This document shows positions 1 through 8,473 of a stretch of DNA of 36,979 nucleotides, one piece after another; the first letter of the stretch is position 1, and the number at the start of each line of letters is the position of its first letter. Made by a program: the position numbers and the translations under genes. The DNA is taken from NCBI GenBank assembly GCA_026985995.1, contig JALSPJ010000131.1:1-36979 (forward strand). The letters run 5' to 3'. Source of the DNA: Anaerolineales bacterium. Lineage in GTDB: Bacteria; Chloroflexota; Anaerolineae; Anaerolineales; DRMV01. The notes beneath the pieces are model-generated. The model had not been told where the DNA came from. It ran no database searches and was given only the letters and a program-made list of their open reading frames with translations.

Positions 1-1044
1 GGGCGGGCACACATGGCAGGCCAGGTCTTCGTCGGTGGGCTCGAAGCCAAACGCGCCGCGACAGGTGTTGTCCACCCGGGCGATGGCGCGCGCGGGGAAC
101 AAGGGATGGTCGGGGTAAGGCGACCCTGCGTTGGGGAAGGGGATGCTATCGTGGAAGTTCATGGCCGCGGGCCAGTTCAGCTTGCCATCGGCCCACACCC
201 ACCAGGTGAACTGGTCGCGACCTTCCAGCAGGGTGCGCTTGAAGGCCAGTTGCACCACGGGGCGCTCGCCGGGCACCCAGCGGGCCCAGGCCAGGTCCGG
301 GTCCTCGCCCCGGGCTTCGTAATACAGCAGACGCTCGTAGCCGGTGCCATTGAAGGGCGCATCGGGCAGGCAGGCTCGGGCCGCGCCCATGTCTTCGTCG
401 GCATCGACATACACGGCCACCCGGGTGTCGGCCCACTCGGTGCTCTGCACGCCCCGCTCCACCCACACCAGCAGGTCCCCCCGGCCATCCCGGTCCAGGT
501 CCAGCTCCACGCCATAGCTGCCCTGAGGAAAGCCCACATCGGGGTGCAGCCCGTAAAGCACGATGGTGACATACACCCATTGCGCGTCCAGGCTCAAGCG
601 GGCCTCGGTGATGTCCAGGTCGGGGAAGTAAGTATCCTGGGTGTTTTCGACGAAGGGGCGTTCGTAGATGTTGCGGGTGTAGGTATCGCCGCCCTGGGGC
701 ACCACGGGCTGGCCGGGTTGCAGGTCCTGGCCCGTAGGCCGGTCCCACAAGGTGGCCTGGGCCGGGGGCGGCTCGCCGGGACGGGTTTGATGCTCGCCGG
801 GGGGTGCGGCTTTCAACCGGGCCGGCTGCCACACGCCGAAGGGCAGACCCAAAGGGCGGCGCACCGGCGCGTTGGTTCCCCCGGCGGGGGTTGTGGTGGG
901 CGCACCGGTCGGGGTCGCGACCGGCGGCGCGGTGGCCTGCGAGCCGGTGCCCAGGCTTAAGCGGCAGGCCAGCCCCCCAGCCAGCAGGGCCAGCACCACC
1001 GCCCCCCACGCGAAAAGACGCCAAAAGCGCGCTCGTCGGAACAT
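1..1044 (-). CDS. Hypothetical lipoprotein/secreted protein, 3' end outside the window
   Basis: Not in the ORF track because it has no stop in the window. ATG at 1044 with SD AGGAGG (1051-1056). Frame is open down to base 1: MFRRARFWRLFAWGAVVLALLAGGLAC (lipobox-like), a Pro/Thr linker, then ...YERPF...YFPDLDI...ELDLDRDGRGD...VDNTCRGAFGFEPT. Confidence 0.8.
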   Translation of the reverse strand, partial: MFRRARFWRLFAWGAVVLALLAGGLACRLSLGTGSQATAPPVATPTGAPTTTPAGGTNAPVRRPLGLPFGVWQPARLKAAPPGEHQTRPGEPPPAQATLWDRPTGQDLQPGQPVVPQGGDTYTRNIYERPFVENTQDTYFPDLDITEARLSLDAQWVYVTIVLYGLHPDVGFPQGSYGVELDLDRDGRGDLLVWVERGVQSTEWADTRVAVYVDADEDMGAARACLPDAPFNGTGYERLLYYEARGEDPDLAWARWVPGERPVVQLAFKRTLLEGRDQFTWWVWADGKLNWPAAMNFHDSIPFPNAGSPYPDHPLFPARAIARVDNTCRGAFGFEPTDEDLACHVCPP

Positions 1045-1123
1045 GGCCAACCTCCTGAGGGGAATGTACACCCCGGTTGTAGGAGGTTGGCGTGAAAAAA
1101 GTGTGAAATTGGCCGAGGGAAAA

Positions 1124-1717
1124 TCAAGGGGCCGGGCTGCCCTGCACGGCCGCGCCGGGGTATGGCCACTCGCGCCACCAGGGCGGCGGGGTCCATTCCT
1201 CCCGCAGCACGGCCATCATCAGGGAATCGTGATACGCGCCCCGGTAGTAAATGGCCCGCCGACGCCGGCCCTCGAGCCGAAAGCCCACTTTTTCGTAGGC
1301 CCGCTGGGCCCGGCGGTTGAAGTCATACACTTCCAGCTGCACCCGCTGTAAGTTGAGGATTTCGAAGGCGATGCCCACCAACGCCTGGAGGGCCTCGGTG
1401 CCATAGCCCTGGCCCCAATAGGCCTTTTCGCCAATGGCCACGGCCAGCTCGGCCCAGCGGTGCCGCCAGGCGATGTGAATGAGGGCCATGTTGCCAATGG
1501 GTCGCCAGCCGTCGCCCTCCCGCACTTCAAAAGTCAGGGGGCGTTGCTCCAAAGGCAGCTGCCGCTGGCGGGTGAACCACTCCTCTTCGTCTTCGATGCT
1601 CAAGGGCCAGATGGTGGTGATGTATTGGTGCACCTCGGGGTCGTTCATCCAGGCGACGAACAAGGGCAAATCCGCGCGGGTGATGGCCCGCAAGCGCAAG
1701 CGGGGGGTGTAAAACAT
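1124..1717 (-). CDS. GNAT family N-acetyltransferase (RimJ/RimL-like)
   Basis: RLRLRAI start, IGEKAYWGQGYGTEA acetyl-CoA motif, FNRRAQRAYEKVGF motif B; SD GAGGAGG upstream. Confidence 0.9.
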   Translation of the reverse strand: MFYTPRLRLRAITRADLPLFVAWMNDPEVHQYITTIWPLSIEDEEEWFTRQRQLPLEQRPLTFEVREGDGWRPIGNMALIHIAWRHRWAELAVAIGEKAYWGQGYGTEALQALVGIAFEILNLQRVQLEVYDFNRRAQRAYEKVGFRLEGRRRRAIYYRGAYHDSLMMAVLREEWTPPPWWREWPYPGAAVQGSPAP

Positions 1718-1728
1718 GGGTGGCCTCC

Positions 1729-2718
1729 TCAGGGGGAACCGGCGTCGCCGCGCGGCGGGGGTGTGGGCAACGTGGGCGCGTCGTCCAGCAGCTGCGCGGC
1801 CGCCTGGTCGGGGGTCAGCTCACGGCGGGCCAGGGCCTGCAGCACCGCATCGTAGCGGCCGGGTTCCACCCGGGCCCGCCAGCGACGCCACAGCGCGTCG
1901 CGCAGCGCGCGCTCCAACGCGGCCTGCAAGCGCCGGGCTTCGTGCTGTTGCCATGCACCGCTGCGCTGCAAATGCTGCCGGTGGGCGACAATGGCCTGAG
2001 CCACCTGGGGCACGCCCTGGCCCGTGGTGGCCACGGTGAGCAGCACAGGGGGCTGCCAGGCCGCGGCGCGCCGCGGGCCCAAGCGGAGCATTTCCTCCAA
2101 AATGCGGCGGGTGCGTTGGGCATCGGGCCGGTCGGCTTTGTTGACCACCAGAATGTGGGCGATTTCGAGCATCCCGGCCTTGATGGCCTGAATGTCGTCG
2201 CCTAAGCCGGGGGCCTGCACCACCAGCACGGTGTGGGCTAAGCGCATGATGTCGACCTCGGCCTGGCCGGCGCCCACGGTTTCGACGAAGATGGGGTTGT
2301 AGCCGGCCGCGTCGAGCACCTGCACGGCCTGTTCGGTGGCCTGAGCCAGGCCGCCCACCGCGCCCCGGGAGGCCATGCTGCGGAAGAAGACGGCCGGGTC
2401 CTGGGCCAGCCGGGGGGTGAGGCGCACCCGGTCGCCCAGCAGCGCGCCGCCGGTGTAGGGGCTGCTGGGGTCCACGGCCAGCACGGCCACCCGCTGCTGG
2501 GGGTGGTGCTGCCGCCAATGCTGCACCAGCGCGGCCACCAGGGTGGATTTGCCCGCGCCCGGCGGCCCGGTGACGCCCACGATGTGCGCCCGCCCGGCAT
2601 GGGGGAAGAGGGCCTGCCACGCGGCGCGGCCCTCGGCCGCGGCGTTTTCCACCCAGGTGAGCACCCGGGCCAGGGCCCGTCGGTCGCCTTGCAGCACTTG
2701 GGCGGCCCAGTCGTTCAT
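1729..2718 (-). CDS. meaB: Methylmalonyl-CoA mutase-associated GTPase MeaB/ArgK
   Basis: [13 protein letters not shown]-loop, [40 protein letters not shown]. Start set at ATG 2718 (MNDWAAQ), which overlaps the stop of the upstream B12-binding gene. Confidence 0.93.
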   Translation of the reverse strand: MNDWAAQVLQGDRRALARVLTWVENAAAEGRAAWQALFPHAGRAHIVGVTGPPGAGKSTLVAALVQHWRQHHPQQRVAVLAVDPSSPYTGGALLGDRVRLTPRLAQDPAVFFRSMASRGAVGGLAQATEQAVQVLDAAGYNPIFVETVGAGQAEVDIMRLAHTVLVVQAPGLGDDIQAIKAGMLEIAHILVVNKADRPDAQRTRRILEEMLRLGPRRAAAWQPPVLLTVATTGQGVPQVAQAIVAHRQHLQRSGAWQQHEARRLQAALERALRDALWRRWRARVEPGRYDAVLQALARRELTPDQAAAQLLDDAPTLPTPPPRGDAGSP

Positions 2719-3146
2719 GCGGGGGAACCCTCCGGTTGGGCCGAGCCGCGCACCACGGCCTCGATGTCGGCCACGATTTGGCGGGTGGGTGCGCCGGGGC
2801 CGTAGACTTTGTACACGCCTAAGGCCAGCAGTTTGGGCACATCCTGCGGCGGGATGATGCCGCCGACGATGACGGGTACATCGCCCAGGCCCCGGGCCCG
2901 CAGGGCTTCCAACACCTGGGGCACTAAGGTCATGTGCGCGCCCGAGAGGATGGACAGGCCCACCACATCCACATCCTCTTGCAGCGCGGCTTCGGCAATC
3001 ATTTCGGGGGTTTGGCGCAGGCCGGTGTAAATGACTTCCATGCCCGCGTCGCGCAGGGCCCGGGCCACGATTTTCGCGCCCCGGTCGTGGCCGTCGAGAC
3101 CCGGCTTGGCGATGAGCACCCGAATGGGGCGGGAAGTTGCCGTCAT
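2715..3146 (-). CDS. Cobalamin-binding subunit of methylmalonyl-CoA mutase family (stand-alone C-terminal domain)
   Basis: [11 protein letters not shown] (DxHxxG), [14 protein letters not shown]; ATG 3146 preceded by GGAGGAGG. Confidence 0.93.
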   Translation of the reverse strand: MTATSRPIRVLIAKPGLDGHDRGAKIVARALRDAGMEVIYTGLRQTPEMIAEAALQEDVDVVGLSILSGAHMTLVPQVLEALRARGLGDVPVIVGGIIPPQDVPKLLALGVYKVYGPGAPTRQIVADIEAVVRGSAQPEGSPA

Positions 3147-3232
3147 GGCCTCCTCCGTAGCGCGGTATAAGCTCGCCTTTACCGACATCCCACCGATTTG
3201 CATACGCTGGACCGCCTCCGCCCACCATGATG

Positions 3233-3270
3233 AAACCGCCGCGGCCCGGACAAGGCCGAACCGCGGCGGT
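3233..3270 (-). terminator. Probable intrinsic terminator after the BMP gene
   Basis: 10-bp inverted repeat ACCGCCGCGG (3235-3244) / CCGCGGCGGT (3261-3270); only a short T run follows on the minus strand. Confidence 0.5.
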
Positions 3271-3295
3271 CTTCAACAGGCTTCTTGGCGCGGGA

Positions 3296-4630
3296 TTACT
3301 CCGACACGCTCTGGCCTTCCATGCCCTGCAGCAGCTGGGGCAGGTACCAGATTTGCTGGTCCGTGGCCACTTCGCCGTCCTTGAGGTACTCGGTGCCGTC
3401 TTGCAGGTAAAGCGGCCCGGTCCACAGGTTGAGGCCGTTGGCCAGTTCGCCGATGAATTGGTCCACCTGGCCCGACGCTTCGTCGCTCAGGCCGGGGCCC
3501 TTGATGAAGCCCACGGAAGAGGTCTCGTGGTTGTTGATGTCATTCCAATCGGGGCCCAGCCACAGGAACTGGGATTCCCAGGTGCCGTTTTGCGCGGCTT
3601 CGATGAGTTGCTTGTAGCCGGGGTACCAGTTGAAGTAGGGCACGCCTAAGCACACCTCGGGGGCCTCTTCGCACGCACCCTCGTAGTCATAGGGAATGGC
3701 CCAGGCCTTCTGGCCCTGGTCGGCGAACTTCTTGGCTTCCACCAGCGCTTCGGTGGTGTCGATGCCCGAGATGACCACATCGTAGCCGTTCTGGAAGAAC
3801 TCGTCCGCGACCTGGGTGGGGTCCAGGGTCACGCCGGGGATGTGGAACCAGAAGCCAATCCAGGTGACCTTGAACTTGAGGTCCGCGGGGTCCTGGCCGC
3901 GATAATTCTCCCAGCAATACTTGGCGCCCAGGTAAGCCGAGGCTGCCAGGCGGCGGGTTTCGTCGTTAATCAGCGGGCCCAGGTAGCCGATTTGGCCGCT
4001 CTCGGTGGTGAGGGCCGCGGCGCAACCGGCAATCATCTTGCCGTACTCCATGCGGCCCATGAGGTTGGCCAGGTTGGGCACCTCTTCGTAGTTCTTGCCG
4101 TCCTTCCACACCTGGTCGCCCGAGATGTGGATGACGAACACATCGGGGTTGTCCTTGGCGAACGCGGTGGCGTCGTCTTTCATGTCATCGGAGTTGAAGA
4201 TGACGACCTTGGCGCCCTGGTTGACCAGCTCCGCGGCCAGCTGGGCCGAAGTGGTGCCGGGCCGGTCCGCGGGGTTGACCTTGTCGACATAAATCATCTT
4301 GACGCCCAGGGATTCTTCCACCCGCTTGGCGGCTTCATAGTGGGCCTGGCTCCAGCCCCGGTCGTTGTAGGGGCCCACCAGCAGCAAGCCGAAGGTGAAT
4401 TCGCCGGCCATCTCCTCGCCGCCGGGGGCTTCGGTGGCTTCCTCTTTGGGCGCTTCGGTGGCTTCCGCGGCCGGGGCTTCGGTGGCCTCGGCCTTGGGCG
4501 CGGCCTCGGTCATTTCTTCCTTGGCCGCGGGGGTGGCTTCCTGCTGGCCGCCACCGCAAGCCGCCAGCGCGCTCAGCACCAACGCCAACATGAGCACCAG
4601 TGCGAGCCATCGCCAATGGGTCTTCTTCAT
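3296..4630 (-). CDS. BMP/PnrA family ABC substrate-binding lipoprotein (likely nucleoside/purine-binding)
   Basis: MKKTHWRWLALVLMLALVLSALAAC lipobox, acidic ATEAP linker, LVGPYNDRGWSQAHYE motif; SD GGAGG. Confidence 0.88.
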   Translation of the reverse strand: MKKTHWRWLALVLMLALVLSALAACGGGQQEATPAAKEEMTEAAPKAEATEAPAAEATEAPKEEATEAPGGEEMAGEFTFGLLLVGPYNDRGWSQAHYEAAKRVEESLGVKMIYVDKVNPADRPGTTSAQLAAELVNQGAKVVIFNSDDMKDDATAFAKDNPDVFVIHISGDQVWKDGKNYEEVPNLANLMGRMEYGKMIAGCAAALTTESGQIGYLGPLINDETRRLAASAYLGAKYCWENYRGQDPADLKFKVTWIGFWFHIPGVTLDPTQVADEFFQNGYDVVISGIDTTEALVEAKKFADQGQKAWAIPYDYEGACEEAPEVCLGVPYFNWYPGYKQLIEAAQNGTWESQFLWLGPDWNDINNHETSSVGFIKGPGLSDEASGQVDQFIGELANGLNLWTGPLYLQDGTEYLKDGEVATDQQIWYLPQLLQGMEGQSVSE

Positions 4631-4766
4631 GGGGGTTCCTCCTTCCGAAAGGGGATGGGACAACGCTTGCAATGAGGTGGAGAGGCCGCCCACCGTGGGG
4701 GCTCTGATGGGGACGGGCGCCATGGCGGTGCCCGTACTTCCGCGTGGCGTCCTCCTCCAGGGTTTT

Positions 4767-4796
4767 ATTGTACCGGAAAATCGCCACGCGCGCCAA
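4767..4796 (-). promoter_or_regulatory. Sigma70-type promoter of the BMP gene
   Basis: Minus strand TTGGCG-N18-TACAAT. Confidence 0.5.
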
Positions 4797-4801
4797 CCGA
4801 T

Positions 4802-4830
4802 TTGACAACCCGTTGCAGCTACGGTACAAT
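4802..4830 (+). promoter_or_regulatory. Sigma70-type promoter of the tRNA
   Basis: TTGACA (4802-4807)-N17-TACAAT (4825-4830), 11 nt upstream of the tRNA. Confidence 0.85.
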
Positions 4831-4841
4831 TGAGGGCGCTC

Positions 4842-4913
4842 GGCGAGGTAGCTCAATGGCAGAGCGGGGGAATCATAATCCCTAGGTTGTGGGTTCGACT
4901 CCCACCCTCGCCA
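4842..4913 (+). tRNA. tRNA with CAT anticodon, most likely elongator tRNA-Met (Ile2 not excluded); CCA not encoded
   Basis: Cloverleaf: acceptor GGCGAGG/CCTCGCC, D-stem GCTC/GAGC, anticodon arm GGGGA-ATCATAA-TCCCT, T-arm GTGGG-TTCGACT-CCCAC, discriminator A. A G1-C72 pair argues against initiator. Confidence 0.92.
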
Positions 4914-4925
4914 CAGACAACATCA

Positions 4926-4954
4926 AAGCCCCCAGGGTGGGGGCTTGTTCTTTT
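4926..4954 (+). terminator. Intrinsic terminator after the tRNA
   Basis: AAGCCCCCA-GGG-TGGGGGCTT hairpin followed by GTTCTTTT. Confidence 0.75.
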
Positions 4955-5053
4955 GCCCCCACCCCATAGGCCAAATCCCCCGGGAGCGCATGGGCGTTTT
5001 TTCCGTGGTCGGGTTTCCCTCCTGGCGTTATCATCCTTTTTGTGAGGTACGCC

Positions 5054-6511
5054 ATGACGCTTCCCTGGTGGTTTTGGGCCGTCGGCTTTGGCCTGGGGCT
5101 GTGGGGCCTGCTGTATTGGCCTCCGGCGCGGCGGGCGTTGGTCGCCTGGCAACGCCGTTGCTCGCCCCGGGTCGCGGGGCTCATCGGCCGGGCCCTGTGT
5201 TGGGCGCCGTCGCCGTTGCACCTCAACCCCCGCTTGCGCTGGCGCGACCGTTTCTTCGTGCTGGCCGCGCTGGGGTGGCTGGGGACCGCCCTGTACGCGT
5301 GGCCACCCATCTACCAGCGCCTCCAATGGCGGGTGGATGTGTGGCTCACCCGAGCCCGGCTCACCCTGCACCCGGTGCGGGGCAACCCCCTGGCCCAGGT
5401 GCCCACCCTGGCTTACGCCACGCCAACGCCAACCCCCACGGCCACCGCCCCACCGCCCACGGCCACGCCGCGCGCCAGCCCTTCCCCCACCCCGGCTCTG
5501 AGCCCCACGCCTACGCCCTCGCCGTCGCCCACGCCTTCCCCCACGCCCCTGCCGCCCCAGGTCTCGCTGCCCCCCATGCCCCGCTGGGAACAACAGGACA
5601 TCAACAACTGCGGCCCGGCTACGCTGGCCTTCTACCTCGCCTGGTGGGGCTGGCAGGGCGACCAGCAAACCATTGCCCAGGTGGTCAAGCCTAACCCCCG
5701 GGACCGCAATGTGAATGTGGAAGAGCTGGTGGCCTATGTGCAGGAAGAGGTGCCGGACCTGTGGGCCGAGTTTCGCGTCGGCGGCACCCTCGAGACCCTC
5801 AAAGGCTTCCTGGCCGCTGGCTATCCGGTGATGATTGAAACCGGCATGTTGCTCGACGAAGGCTATTGGCCCGGCGACGACCGTTGGGCCGGGCATTACC
5901 TCTTCCTCACCGGCTACGACGATGGGCAAGGCGTGTTCATCGTGCAAGATTCCTTCCGCGGGCCCGACCGGCGGGTGCCTTACGAGGAACTCGACGCGGA
6001 TTGGCAGGCGTTCAACCGGGTGTATATTTTGGTGTACCCCATGGCCAGTCAAAGCCGCATACAACGCCTGCTGGGGCCCCATTGGGATACCGACTACAAC
6101 CGCCAGGCCGCGCTGCAGCAGGCCCAACGGGAAACCGAAGCCGAGCCCGGCAACGCGTTCGCCTGGTTCAACTTAGGCACCAACTGGGTTTATTTTGAAA
6201 AATGGGACCGCGCGGCCGCGGCCTATGACCGGGCCTTCGACATCGGCCTGCCCCAGCGCATGTTGCGCTACCAGTTCGGCCCCTTCTTCGCCTACTTCCA
6301 CAGCTGGCAGCTGGAAAAGCTGCAGGCCATCTTAGACTACGCGTTCCAAATCACTCCCAACTCCGAAGAAGCCTGGCTGTGGCAGGGCTGGCTGTATGTG
6401 CGTTTGGGGAAAACAGAACAGGCGGCCGAGGCCTTTCGCCAGGCGCTGGAATACCATCCCGCCTATCGCGATGCGCAATACGCGCTGCGTTACCTGGGGC
6501 TGACGCCGTAA
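5054..6511 (+). CDS. Membrane-anchored C39-like cysteine peptidase domain plus C-terminal TPRs
   Basis: N-terminal TM segments, Pro/Thr linker, QQDINNCGPATL (catalytic Cys), GHYLFLTGYDD (His), VQDS (Asp), TPR motifs (PGNAFAWFNLG, PNSEEAWLWQG). Confidence 0.8.
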   Translation: MTLPWWFWAVGFGLGLWGLLYWPPARRALVAWQRRCSPRVAGLIGRALCWAPSPLHLNPRLRWRDRFFVLAALGWLGTALYAWPPIYQRLQWRVDVWLTRARLTLHPVRGNPLAQVPTLAYATPTPTPTATAPPPTATPRASPSPTPALSPTPTPSPSPTPSPTPLPPQVSLPPMPRWEQQDINNCGPATLAFYLAWWGWQGDQQTIAQVVKPNPRDRNVNVEELVAYVQEEVPDLWAEFRVGGTLETLKGFLAAGYPVMIETGMLLDEGYWPGDDRWAGHYLFLTGYDDGQGVFIVQDSFRGPDRRVPYEELDADWQAFNRVYILVYPMASQSRIQRLLGPHWDTDYNRQAALQQAQRETEAEPGNAFAWFNLGTNWVYFEKWDRAAAAYDRAFDIGLPQRMLRYQFGPFFAYFHSWQLEKLQAILDYAFQITPNSEEAWLWQGWLYVRLGKTEQAAEAFRQALEYHPAYRDAQYALRYLGLTP

Positions 6512-6540
6512 GGGGCAGCAAATCGCGGGGTAGGCGCGCG

Positions 6541-6775
6541 GGGATGAAGCCGCGGATGCACGCGGATGGACGCGGATGAAAAAAGCGGCGAGCGGGGAGC
6601 ACGGTAGGGGCGACCCGGCTGGTCGCCCGCCGCGGTAGGGGCGCAGCGTGCTGCGCCGGGGGGATGAAGCCGCGGATGAAGGACAGCAGTCAGCAGGGAG
6701 CAACGCGCGGCCCCTGCCAACTTCCAACCACCAACCACCAACCGCTCCCTCCGTGCTCTCCGTGCCTCCGTGTGA
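6541..6775. repeat. Composite intergenic repeat, copy 1 (REP-like GTAG doublet plus 10-mer, 7-mer and 9-mer tandem modules)
   Basis: GTAGGGGCGACCCGGCTGGTCGCCC (6604-6628), GTAGGGGCGCAGCGTGCTGCGCC (6635-6657), (CGCGGATGxA)n, (CCAACCA)n, (CTCCGTGxx)n; the same modules recur at 29241-29295 and 31510-32120. Confidence 0.85.
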
Positions 6776-6832
6776 ACCTTCAGCCGAAAACCAAAGCAGC
6801 ACGAGCGTGCCGCGGTCCAAAAGGCGCAGCCT

Positions 6833-7696
6833 TCAATCGTCGCGGCCTGGTGCGCGGCCCGCGTCGTCAGCAGTCCCTTGCGTTTCGTCGCGCGCCAGGC
6901 CGGCGCGCAGCCAGGCCTCGACCTGGGGCCGGGGAAGCCAGGCGGTCAGGTCCAGCGACAGGGGCGCGACGGCCACCTGACGCAGCACCTGCAGGGTATA
7001 GGCGTCGCTGTCGGGCTCGAAGACCCGCTCGGGGTTCGGCCAGCGGGCATAGCCTGGCACGCCGGGGGTCGTGGGGTCCTGCCGCCGGGATGGCACCACT
7101 CGGTAATAGCGTCGCCGGCTGACCCGGGTCACCCGCCAGGGGGTGCGGCGGGTTGCGTCGCCGGGGACATCAATTTTGAGCACATCCACCCCGGGCGGCA
7201 AACCCCCCTGGCGCAGCACGGCTCGGGCAAAGCGCGCGGTAAACCAGGCCGCGGTGTCAAAATCCAGGGCTGGCGCGTGGGCGTTGTGGTGTTGGTGGTC
7301 GGCCTCCAGCGAAACGGCCAGCGCGGGAATGCCCGAGGCTGCAGCTTCCAGGGCCGCGCCCACCGTGCCCGAGATGGTCACCCCGCTGCCCACATTTTCC
7401 CCCGCATTGATGCCGGCAATGACCAATTGCGGCCGGCGGGGCAGGATTTCATACAGCGCGATGAGCACCGTTTGCGCGGGGGTGCCATCGACGGCATACA
7501 CCGGCCAGGCCGCGGCAGTTTTGTGCCGCGTGACGCGGCCGCTGAGGTGGCCGAACATGCTGCGGCCAGCGCCGGTCCATTGTCGTTCGGGCGCGACGAT
7601 GACCACCTCGGCCAGGGGCGCCATGGCCCGGGCCACGGCTTCCAGCCCGGGGGAATGCACGCCATCGTCGTTGGTGATGAGGACCAGGGGGCGCAT
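6833..7696 (-). CDS. surE: 5'/3'-nucleotidase SurE
   Basis: LITNDDGVHSPGL, AVDGTPA, AGINAGENVG, SGTVGAALEA. Confidence 0.93.
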   Translation of the reverse strand: MRPLVLITNDDGVHSPGLEAVARAMAPLAEVVIVAPERQWTGAGRSMFGHLSGRVTRHKTAAAWPVYAVDGTPAQTVLIALYEILPRRPQLVIAGINAGENVGSGVTISGTVGAALEAAASGIPALAVSLEADHQHHNAHAPALDFDTAAWFTARFARAVLRQGGLPPGVDVLKIDVPGDATRRTPWRVTRVSRRRYYRVVPSRRQDPTTPGVPGYARWPNPERVFEPDSDAYTLQVLRQVAVAPLSLDLTAWLPRPQVEAWLRAGLARDETQGTADDAGRAPGRDD

Positions 7697-7706
7697 AAGC
7701 GTTTCC

Positions 7707-8459
7707 TCAAACCGTGTCGGCATCGGGGCCTTGCAGGCTTTGGAAGAAGAGCAGCAGCAGGCTCAAGGCCAGCAAGGCCAGCACAAGGGCGCTGCCGACC
7801 CAGGCCCGGGCCGCGATTTGCACCAGCCACGCGACCAGGTACAACCCAAACAGCAGCCGGGCTGTGGGCCAGGCCGGGCCTAAGTTCCCCACGAAGAGCC
7901 CCGCGGCCATGAGGCCAAACGCCAGGCCAAAGGCCAGGGCCAGCAGCGCGGTGGCCGAAACCCCGCGCACGGGCCACACCCAAATGCCGCAATCGTTTTG
8001 GGCCGCGGGCAGGCTGCCGGCGGCGCCCAGGTACGCGCTTACCAGCAAAAAGCGGCCGCCGTAAGCCGCCTGGGATGCAGGAATGGCCCACTGCACCGTG
8101 CGGGTTTCCCCCGGCGCCAAATCGAGCCACTCCTTGCCCTGGTCCACCAACAGCACATGGCCCAAAGTGGCGGTTACTCGCAAAAAGCGGCGCACCGGGC
8201 GCTGGGTGGGGTTGGTGACCCGAATGCGCAGCTGAATGACCTCATCGCGCGCGGCCACGGGCGGGCACCACAAGCCGGTGAGGGTACGGCGCTTGCCCAT
8301 CACATCCCAGGGGTAGAACATGCGGGCCTCGAAGTTGACCCACACCACACCGGCCAAGAGCAACAGGCCCAACAACAGCCCGGCGAAAAACGCGCCATAG
8401 GCCCAAGGCGCGGCTTTGGCCGTTTGCGGTGGCGCTGAGGTCCGAAGGGGGTTCATCAT
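7707..8459 (-). CDS. Hypothetical membrane protein (N-terminal TM, Ig-like extracytoplasmic segment, 3 C-terminal TMs)
   Basis: Only the C-terminal ~250 aa of ORF 7707..10100 look like real protein; ATG 8459 has SD AAGGAGG; sits between recJ and surE in the same direction. Confidence 0.75.
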   Translation of the reverse strand: MMNPLRTSAPPQTAKAAPWAYGAFFAGLLLGLLLLAGVVWVNFEARMFYPWDVMGKRRTLTGLWCPPVAARDEVIQLRIRVTNPTQRPVRRFLRVTATLGHVLLVDQGKEWLDLAPGETRTVQWAIPASQAAYGGRFLLVSAYLGAAGSLPAAQNDCGIWVWPVRGVSATALLALAFGLAFGLMAAGLFVGNLGPAWPTARLLFGLYLVAWLVQIAARAWVGSALVLALLALSLLLLFFQSLQGPDADTV

Positions 8460-8473
8460 CGCCTCCTTGAGGG

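Noticed and set aside
13-960. 315-aa plus-strand ORF
   Set aside because: Antisense shadow of the minus-strand lipoprotein, which has an SD, a signal peptide and a protein-like sequence.
2719-3276. N-terminal extension of MeaB (515-aa ORF) as a fusion
   Set aside because: Off-frame overlap with the B12-binding gene; MeaB homology starts at MNDWAAQ.
4842-4954. tRNA as an integration site for an island
   Set aside because: No duplicate of the tRNA 3' end and no integrase seen in the window.
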